20,000 bases of DNA, taken from the NCBI GenBank assembly GCA_027923505.1, contig BROI01000038.1, positions 178,269 to 198,268 of the forward strand, read 5' to 3'. The DNA is from Mayamaea pseudoterrestris. Taxonomy: Eukaryota. The notes beneath the pieces were generated by a model. That model was not told the DNA's origin and searched no databases. It saw only the letters and a list, made by a program, of their open reading frames with translations. A program made the translations under genes and the position numbers. Shown here one piece after another: positions 12,665-20,000 of this stretch (the stretch's first letter is position 1; every line of letters begins with the position of its first letter).

Positions 12665-13246
12665 ATGAAGATCATTCCTGCGTTCGCCCTACTCGCCTCG
12701 GCTTCTGCCTTTGCTCCGGCCTCAAAACCCAGCAATGGTGCCTCCAGCATGGCGGCGTGGAAGGATGACAACCCCGTTGGAGTCCTTGCACCTGCAGGCT
12801 TCTTTGATCCGTTTGGCTTCTCCAACAACAAGAGCGACGAAGTTATGAACTATTACCGCGAGGCCGAGCTCAAGAACGGCCGCGTCGCCATGGCAGCTTG
12901 CCTCGGTTGGTACATTACGGCGGCTGGCGTCCACCCCGCCTTCAACAGCGAGCTTTCTAGCGACCCGCTTGAGGCTGCTGCTCAGCTTCCTTTCGTTGGC
13001 TGGCTCCAATTCATTCTGGGTTGCGGCGCAGTGGAATGGTTAACGGAGAAGATCAAGGAACGCCCAGGCTATGTTCCAGGTGATGTTCTCGGAGCATCTT
13101 ACTGGGTGGACAACACTGACGAAGGATGGGTAGAATACCAGAACAAGGAGCTCACCAATGGACGCTTGGCCATGCTCGCCTTTATTGGAATCCTCACACA
13201 GGATCTCCTATTTGGAAACTACGGTGACATGATCTTCAGGCGCTAA
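12665..13246 (+). CDS. Fucoxanthin-chlorophyll a/c light-harvesting complex protein (LHC/FCP family; subfamily uncertain), 193 aa plastid precursor
   Basis: Start taken as ACCATGAAG (12665) because it yields signal peptide MKIIPAFALLASA plus the ASAFAP motif. LHC motifs GFFDPFG, REAELKNGRVAMAA and NKELTNGRLAMLAF are present. Confidence 0.93.
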   Translation: MKIIPAFALLASASAFAPASKPSNGASSMAAWKDDNPVGVLAPAGFFDPFGFSNNKSDEVMNYYREAELKNGRVAMAACLGWYITAAGVHPAFNSELSSDPLEAAAQLPFVGWLQFILGCGAVEWLTEKIKERPGYVPGDVLGASYWVDNTDEGWVEYQNKELTNGRLAMLAFIGILTQDLLFGNYGDMIFRR

Positions 13247-13616
13247 ATAATTGAAAGGTAGCATTTACAACGAATCGCTCCTTTCAAATACAATTCTAAA
13301 TACCTTTTCTAGAACTGGACAGGCAGTATCTCCGACTTAGTTTTCCATTCAACTGTTGCACGATTAGCTGTAATGGCACGTGTTAAGTGTAAAGCACCTC
13401 ACAAATAAAATCTGTGCATAAAATTTGTGGCAGACGGCATGGGACGCTCGTGTAGCGACGTGCGGCGAGCATTCCGTCCGCATCACAGACTGCAGCGGAC
13501 CGTGGTCTTGTTGGTTTCAAAACACTTGATCATGGCATTGCGCATAGCGTGTGGCGCTAGTCTCCTCAACCAAATCTTTGCTTGATACTCTGACGAAGGG
13601 GCCCGTCGCACTTTAG

Positions 13617-14444
13617 CTAGGAATCTGATTGTCGAACGATGCAGACTTCTCCCCTCGTAGAATCTCGCAAATTCTGCGACAGTTCAGCAGTGTTGGCGGC
13701 ATCGCATGTAATCGTAAGCGTCAGATTACCATCTGCACCGTAGTCTTCTCCACTTGGCGTAGCGCTGGACTTTGCCGCCGCCTCGTACACGGCTCCAATG
13801 AATGTTGCTCCAACTGTCACTTTGATATTAGCCTTTGGAGTTGTCATTATAGCTGGTGCTTCGCGAATTACTTGTCGAGCTGCTGCTCCATATGCTCGAA
13901 TAAGTCCTCCAGCTCCAAGTTTGATACCGCCAAAGTATCGAACAACGATGCACACTACATTCGTCAAATCGTCTCCCTTGATGGCTCCCAGGATCGGGAG
14001 TCCAGCTGTTCCTGACGGTTCTCCGTCGTCGGAGCACCGTTCATTGGATCCACACTTGAATCCATGACACACATGGCGAGCCTTTGGATGCTCCTTCGTG
14101 ACGCGCGCCAAGACGTTGACGGCGTCGTCCCAGCTGTCAACTTGTGCTGCGTATCCAATGAATTTGCTCTTTTTGACTTCGAGTTCCGATTTTGAGAGAG
14201 TACCGGGTTCCAGCATCTTGATACTTTTAAGATTGCTGCTGCTGCTGCTCATTCGAAGATGTCGCGTGCAACGAAGTTGCCATCGCGACGATGTTCTGTG
14301 CAGGGACGGCGGATGTTGCTGAATGTGAAGCTGCGGCAACGTGCAGTAGCGTCTTGTAGAAAATGCCTTTGCGAGCGAAACTTGGGATAGAATAATCGTT
14401 GTTACCGAGAGCAGGCAGCATACGCCTCGTAATCTGTTTCGCAT
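13617..14444 (-). CDS. IMPACT/YigZ (UPF0029) family protein with probable bipartite plastid presequence; ORF is open upstream to 14618
   Basis: EVKKSKFIG, HPKARHVC, SDDGEPSGTAGLPIL, VVRYFGGIKLGAGGLIRAYG signature motifs plus a C-terminal YigZ-like domain; no RWD domain. Met59 (14444) begins a signal-peptide-like stretch ending SLAKA|F. Confidence 0.88.
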   Translation of the reverse strand: MRNRLRGVCCLLSVTTIILSQVSLAKAFSTRRYCTLPQLHIQQHPPSLHRTSSRWQLRCTRHLRMSSSSSNLKSIKMLEPGTLSKSELEVKKSKFIGYAAQVDSWDDAVNVLARVTKEHPKARHVCHGFKCGSNERCSDDGEPSGTAGLPILGAIKGDDLTNVVCIVVRYFGGIKLGAGGLIRAYGAAARQVIREAPAIMTTPKANIKVTVGATFIGAVYEAAAKSSATPSGEDYGADGNLTLTITCDAANTAELSQNLRDSTRGEVCIVRQSDS

Positions 14445-14751
14445 GTTGCTTAGACACTTTTCTATCAACAAGTGATCGTCATCATCCGACGAGAGAAAGG
14501 TGCATGTTGACGGTGAATGAATCGCATTCGTCGCATTGTTAAATAACTCTTTAGTCGCTGCCACAGCGAAACAAGGTGCTGCAAGACTTGATGCTTGCGT
14601 CAAAGAGACGGCGTTCATGCTTGAATCGGCAAGTTTTGATGCGGTTGCTTAGCGCTTGCGCGTTCAACTACGGACATGAAGACGCCATACACCATGGCCG
14701 ATGTCTTGTTTTCGCCAGGGTCATGTTGATGAGTAATCGCAGTCATGTCGT

Positions 14752-14874
14752 CGATGATCCACTGTGGCACAAACAGTAGTGACAAAAACTTTGATTTTCA
14801 ACGGTGCCAAAAACTTTGATTTTCAACGGACGATGACTGTGGCTCGAACAGTAGTGCCAAAAACTTTGATTTTC
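14752..14874. repeat. Modular ~25-bp repeat, order A-B-B-A-B
   Basis: B = GTG(A/C)CAAAAACTTTGATTTTC at 14779, 14804 and 14854; A core = ACTGTGGC(A/T)C(A/G)AACAGTA at 14761 and 14836 (75-bp offset). Confidence 0.9.
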
Positions 14875-15058
14875 TAGTATAGAAGACATGCGAGGGACCG
14901 ACGAGGGACCTAGAAACGTTACGACATTAGACCGTCTCTGCGGTATTGACTGAAGCGAAAACGACGAACGACGCGCGCCCGACAAAGAATATAGCGACAG
15001 CACTTTGGACGTAAATACTGCGTTAACTATAACTCTTATTAAACATAAAAAGCATTAA

Positions 15059-15126
15059 AAGGCCCACTAGAAGGTCCACTAGAACTCTGTTGGTTGCTAA
15101 ACTGATAATTTATGGTCCCAGTAGAA
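15059..15126. repeat. Short 12-bp tandem repeat plus a degenerate third copy
   Basis: AAGGCCCACTAG-AAGGTCCACTAG (15059-15082) and GGTCCCAGTAGAA (15114-15126). Confidence 0.7.
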
Positions 15127-15234
15127 TTCTTCAATGACTTAAAAGGGTCCTTGCAATTCGCATTAATCCGTTTGCTTTGCAAGTTTGCCGTTTTGCGGTG
15201 GCCAATGTGCGCAAGGTAGCGTGCTCATTTCTAG

Positions 15235-15645
15235 ATGCGCACACTTGTACTCTTTTCAACCATTCTAGGTGAGTTTCTGTTCAATTGACTGAGGTCAAAA
15301 TCTGCCACCGTCAGTTCGACAGCCTGCCACGCCTTGGAAAACATTTTGCCTGCTGCGCCTCCAAATAAAAACCAATCATTAGATTATCCCAGCGGATGGT
15401 ACAGCCTGCAATGGCAAGATACAGTACCGCTGGGCTCCGACAATGGCTTGAATGCAACTGTGTGGGTGCAGAGGCTGGTCAGCCTTGACCAAAGTAGCGA
15501 CAAGAACTGGAGCAGCCTCAAAGGGGGTGTCAACCAATTCTTTAAAACAATCAGCTGAAGTCTAAAGGAGGATCAGCGGTTTGAGTGAGTTGGCTTAAAC
15601 CATTGTATTCACCATTCAAAGGATCATTTACTTGCCAGAATGTAA
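15235..15645 (+). pseudogene. Possible decayed coding fragment (CpG-depleted, three in-frame TGA stops); product unknown
   Basis: ATG at 15235 to TAA at 15643 is interrupted only by TGA at 15286, 15556 and 15586 (each could derive from CGA); region is CpG-poor; no recognised motif. Confidence 0.25.
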
Positions 15646-15905
15646 TGGGCAAGGAAGATGACCGTATGGAGAATGACTCTGGCGACTGGAACGGAATGGC
15701 TGCGGCGCTGCGGCAGCCGTGTCTGCTCCGTTGACGGCAGCCATGGTGAAATCAATTACATCAATCTTCTTTCCTTGTCATTAGCAGCATGTCAGGTGGC
15801 GTTTAAAGGAAATAAAGGACAAGTGGCAATAGCAGCAACAACAAGTTGGGGCTGCTGCTTGGAGGAGCTTGCGTTTTGTGCGTTGTAACTTGTAAATCAA
15901 ATCGT

Positions 15906-16194
15906 TGCACCTTTCGCTTGTAGCTGTCCTTGGATGGCCAATCCAAGCTTGCAGTTGCTACAATACGAGAGACGAATAAATCGCTTTCTTAACTCTTCAA
16001 GCTTAGTAAGTCTGCTTGTTTCTACTCTATATCGCACTAGTTTCAGCAATATACTTGTTGAATCGCTTCGAAGCCGTCGCTGCCACGCATCACGCGATCG
16101 TGAGGCTGTGGTGAGCCGCGAGTGCCGCTGTGTCACCCTATCGGACATTCGGTGTGACTTGCCCGATTTTCGCTGTTTTCGTTCGCATCCTGCA
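15906..16194 (-). repeat. Putative 3' LTR (~245-310 bp)
   Basis: Starts TGCAGG one base after the PPT on the minus strand; candidate ..CA ends at 15950 (CTGCA), 15906 (GTGCA), 15891 and 15884 (TTACA). The 5' LTR is outside the window, so the end cannot be confirmed. Confidence 0.65.
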
Positions 16195-16195
16195 A

Positions 16196-16203
16196 CTCCC
16201 CTC
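16196..16203 (-). other. Polypurine tract (3' PPT)
   Basis: GAGGGGAG on the minus strand, 10 nt after the pol stop codon and directly before T-TGCAGG, the canonical copia arrangement. Confidence 0.85.
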
Positions 16204-16212
16204 AAGTCATAC

Positions 16213-17900
16213 CTAATAGTTAGATTCCTTGAAGAGCAGGTTCTTTAAGTGCTTGCTTGCCGTAGCCCGTGGAAGAAACTTGGTAAGTACATCCGCCGGG
16301 TTTGTCGTTCCCATGATGTGGTTGAAATTAATAATTCCCGCCGCAATCGCTTCGCGTACACGGTGAAATGCCAGTGCATTGTGTCGCTTCGTCAGACTAG
16401 AGTGCGGTAGGTTGCTGCTTTGCGTTACCGACTTGTTGTCTCCAAACATCCATGAAGGTCCGTCGAGCGGAACTCCCAACATGCGTAGCGTGAAGCGAAG
16501 ATCCATGATCTGCTCCGTGCTCACTCTCGCTGCTACAAACTCCGAGCCGTACGTCGCCGTCTCGACCGTCGCTTGGCGTTTCGAAAACCAATCAACGACT
16601 GTTCCATTCAACATGTGTAGCATGCCCATCGCTGCCCGTCCCGTCGTGTAATCGTGGTACAGGTTCGCATCTTCGAACGTTGACATTCGCACCGCCTTGC
16701 CGCGCGGCGTGGGCATGTTCCACGGAAGCTCTTCGCAGATCTTGCCGTACACACTGTAATCCCAATCCATCTTGTCAACTGTCGCGTATCGCTCGTCCGT
16801 TGGAATCGAAACGTTGAATCGAATCGCTCCATCCGGGTATCGTCGTAAGTATCCGCAAATATGCTTCAACCGTTCCAAGTGCCCCGCTCGTGGCGCAGCT
16901 CGTAATCTCCCCATAGTCATGACAGCACAGTGAATGTCGAATCGACATAAACTTACTGCCCATTGCAACGCACCAATTATCGATTGATACTTCGCAATTC
17001 CGTCGTCGTCAAGTTCTTTCGTTTCGTCGAGTTCCGGATGATCGCCGTCGCGTAGTGGACTTGTCTGCGGTCGCGGTTCCTCGCCGAACATTTCTTTGTA
17101 GTTCGCTAGTAGTCTTGTGACGTACTTCTTCGCTCCGAAGCAGAGTACGCCGTCGTCGTCTCGCCAAACGTCTGCGCCCAAATGATATGCCAATGGACCG
17201 ACGCTCTTCAACTTGTAGTTGTAGTTCTCAATTAAAAGATCCGTTAGTTCCTTCGGATTCTTCATCGCTATCGCTAAATCGTCGACATACACACAAACGT
17301 ATTCGTAGTGCGTGCCTTTATCGCGCATCCACACGTCCGGTTCTGCGATACACGGCATGAAGCCAATGTCGCGGAGCGTGTCTGCAAAGTGCTCGTGCCA
17401 GCGTGCGCCTGACGTGCGAAGACCGTATAATGCCTTCACGATCGTGAGCGTGTGACCCTCGAGCTCCCGAACTCCGGACCTGCCACGATATAAACCTTCT
17501 CTTTCGTTTTCGCTTCTAAGTATGCGTTGCCGACGTCAGCTGCCCACAGTTCCAGACCGTTGAGTTCCGCTAACATCGCTACCATTCGTAGACTTCGCAA
17601 TGACACAACGCCCGAGTAAACTGAATCCTTCGGCGGCTCTGTCATATGTCCTCCTGCAACGAGTCGTGCTTTCCGTCGCAAATCGTGCTTGACATCGAAT
17701 ATCATGTGCACGTTTATTCGTTTCCACGGCGCCGGCATAACCTTACCGACTCCTTGATCTGCGAACGTGTGGTAATCATTTATCTGATTTAATTCCGTTC
17801 GAATCGCATCCGTCCACAGCGTGTTGCCGTTGATCTCGTCGAGAGCTTTCGCATCTTTATAATTGCGCGGCAACCTTACGCCGAATTTGTAGCGTACGCC
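16213..17900 (-). pseudogene. pol: reverse transcriptase + RNase H, split by a 1-nt frameshift at ~17466
   Basis: YKFGVRLPRNY.., AGPEFG/ELEGHTLTIVKALYGL, YVDD at 17278-17289; RNase H motifs FEDANLYHD, TVETATYGSEFVA, GDNKSV, NPADVLTK; stop TAG at 16213. Confidence 0.92.
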
Positions 17901-18498
17901 GTTTGCTTTCCGTTTTTCGTTTCGCCGCTGTTACCATCTGTCGAAACTTCTTTCGCTTCCGAGTGTAATGCTCCAGCTGCTTCCATCCTGGCTTGTCGAG
18001 TAAGCCGTGCTTGAGTCCATACTCTGCGATCGTTATCGGATCGTCCTTCTTCATGATCGCGAGAGGCTCCCACGTCGTCGTTCCGTCAGTCCATTCGACG
18101 AGAACGTTACTTGAACTTCCTTTGTATGTCGGATCGTTCGGTTTCAAATTAAGCTCGTGTCCGATTACCTTCGTGAATACCCACTGAGTCGCCGGATCGT
18201 TTCGTATATCTTCGTCCATCTGTCGTTCGATTAAATCCGACAGTTCGTTGTAACTTATTAAGTCTTTCGCTGGCTCCTCTCCCATTTGGATTAGGAAACC
18301 TTTCGTCGTTTCGAGTAGCTCGTTATCGCGTACTTCGATATATTCGCATACAGTCGCTCGCATTTTCAGACCGTTTTCGTGTTCCCTTACGAACGTGCGT
18401 CCGATGAGTTCGCTTGGAGAGAACAGAGGGCATTTATTCCCTGATTCTTGCTCAGCCCTTCTGAAGAACTTCGCTGGTACGTTGGCGTGGTTCGCCAT
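17901..18498 (-). pseudogene. pol: integrase C-terminal extension containing a chromo/chromoshadow-like domain
   Basis: FSPSELIGRTF...ISYNELSDLI followed by WVFTKVIGH...NVLVEWTDGTTTWEPLAIMKKDDPITIAEY...LLDKPGWK. Confidence 0.7.
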
Positions 18499-18591
18499 CG
18501 GAATCGTTTCGTCGTCGTTTCCCCCCGTAGTTGTCGTGACTACTTTCTGTCACATTCGTGCTATGGTAGCGTCCTGTCGCGAGATCGAGTG

Positions 18592-19620
18592 TCAAAAATT
18601 TCGCTCGCTTGCGCGTGTAGCTTCTTCAGAAATCTCCCCTCCAGACTCAGGGAAGGAAGGCAACTCTCGTGGTAACAAGTAGCTGCGCGAGACCACGTTG
18701 GAGCGCGGAATCGCCTGAAGCGTGTCGTCCGTCAGAACGAGAAAAGTCATGTGCGGACCGCTATTCTCTGCGATGCCCACGAATCGGCCGTTGCCAGATC
18801 GTACTGCCGAGGGAAAACTCCCCTGCGCCTCAAACGTGACCGGTTCCCACCACTTGAAATGTAACAAAGGCGAAATATCCGGCAGATTTCCGAACGCAAC
18901 TTCTGTTGGCGTGCGCCATCCCAGCGATTTCGTCGCGAGGACGTTCAGTATCATGATTACGAATTTAATCAGCAAAACCCAGCAATGGCCTGGCGAACCC
19001 GAATCTCGTTGGAGGTTCTCCATCATTGGCTTAATGTGCGACGTGTGACGTTCGCATGGATTTTGTTCTGGATGACCCGGTTCTGTGGTCACTTGAGGAA
19101 TATTGTACATCCGACAGAGATCCCTCACAGCCTTGCCAGTCTCCGACTTGGCATTGTCGCTGAGCAGTCCGTTAGGAGCGCCCACTTCGCGGATAAAATC
19201 CTCTAACGCGTTTGACATTTCTCTCTCCGACTTCATCGGGTAGCCGCGCGTGTAAAAACTTTCTCGTCCAACAAAGAGCTGCATCTTAGTAGCTCCCCCA
19301 TGCCCTAGAATTCCATCATCCAAAGCTGGCGTGTCAGAGTGTATCGTGTCCGTGGCGAATAGTTCGCGCAACCGCTGAACGTTCGCGGCCGGAAATCGTG
19401 ATTTCGTGAGGTGTCGAAATGGTAATCGCGGGTGTTCGCTGAGATGATACCATGCTTCCGTGTGACGTAAAGTCTGTTGAACGCGCTCAGTCGGGACCCA
19501 TCCGAGGTACGGCCGAAGAGCATTATAGTCCGGTTCCTTGCTTCTTAGCTTCCGCAAATTAACGCGTGAAAACTGAGCGTGTCGCACGCACCGATTGATC
19601 AGTACGTCAAGTTCGTCGCC
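18592..19620 (-). pseudogene. pol: DDE integrase core
   Basis: FATD (D at 19348-19350), LLSDNAKSE, TTEPGHPEQNPCER, WRTPTEVAFG..PDISPLLHF.WW, GRFVGIAEN.G. Confidence 0.9.
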
Positions 19621-20000
19621 AGTGCGTGTCGGCGTGTGACGATGCGTGCGTGATACCGTCATCGTCGAATCGTTCGTCAAAAGATCCATAATCGTGATCT
19701 CGCTTCGTCGAAATCGTCGTGCGCGTGCGTTCGACATCGTAAACAGTCGGGTCCCACGGCACGTCCGACGTCCATGATGACAGTCGGATACTTATCCAAA
19801 TCATCGAACGTGGGTTTCGTCACGTCCGTATACCAGGCCATCGCGAATCGCCAACGGCAAAACGTAGCCTCCAATGTTCGTCGTAATTCGTTGCGTTCCG
19901 CCAAACATGGTCGAATATCGTCGACACGATGTCCCATTGCGCGCAATTGATTCGGGCAATGAATCGTCGGTCCGTCTCGCTTTAAAGCATACTGGTGACA
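19621..20000 (-). pseudogene. pol: region upstream of integrase, multiply frameshifted
   Basis: Stitching frames gives CHQYALKRDGPTIHCPNQLRAMGHRVDDI / MFGGTQRITTNIGGYVLPLAIRDGLVY / DVTKPTFDDLDKYPTVIM / TSDVPWDPTVYD, which resembles the pre-integrase region of diatom copia pol as I recall it; needs at least 4 indels. Confidence 0.7.

Larger units (their letters stand above)
15906..20000 (-). mobile_element. Ty1/copia LTR retrotransposon (diatom CoDi-like), 5'-truncated by the window edge
   Basis: Domain order IN-RT-RH followed by PPT and LTR; copia RT motifs (FDVKHDLRRKARLVAGGH, ADVGNAYL, KALYGLRTSG, YVDD). Left boundary uncertain (candidates 15884, 15891, 15906, 15950). Confidence 0.95.

Noticed and set aside
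13298..13480. U1 snRNA resemblance (GCATAAAATTTGTGG Sm-like site, TTGCAC loop-like motif)
   Set aside because: Lacks the invariant 5' ACTTACCTG and convincing stem-loops I-III
14752..14874. CRISPR-like appearance of the 21-25 bp repeats
   Set aside because: No unique spacers (two units abut and the intervening unit is itself repeated), no cas genes, eukaryotic context
15022..15042. TTAACTATAACTCTT resembling the LSU rRNA homing-endonuclease target region
   Set aside because: Short AT-rich match only, with no flanking rRNA similarity
15235..15645. Selenocysteine or alternative-code reading of the three in-frame TGA codons
   Set aside because: No redox motif or SECIS recognised; CpG decay or chance is simpler
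15897..16248. ORFs 15897..16205 (-) and 15934..16248 (+) as extra env-like or antisense genes
   Set aside because: They overlie the PPT and LTR and have no protein motif

Overview
Eukaryotic, gene-dense DNA, almost certainly a diatom or closely related ochrophyte nuclear genome. The evidence is short 68-73 nt GT-AG introns, an ASAFAP bipartite plastid-targeting motif and a diatom-type copia element. The left 14.6 kb holds five host genes: a 4-exon TRRAP/Tra1 PIKK-family gene (minus strand, running off the window start inside its FAT domain), NOC2 head-to-head with it, prefoldin subunit 6, a fucoxanthin-chlorophyll a/c light-harvesting protein, and an IMPACT/YigZ-family gene with a probable plastid presequence. 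About 14.7-15.9 kb is non-genic, with short modular repeats and a CpG-depleted decayed reading frame. From about 15.9 kb to the end lies the 3' part of a minus-strand Ty1/copia LTR retrotransposon (3' LTR, PPT, RNase H, RT, integrase). Its most notable features are an integrase with no visible HHCC zinc finger, a chromo/chromoshadow-like module between IN and RT, internal copies of the PPT, and many single-base frameshifts in otherwise intact, CpG-rich sequence. All calls are from manual reading and motif recognition; no searches were run.
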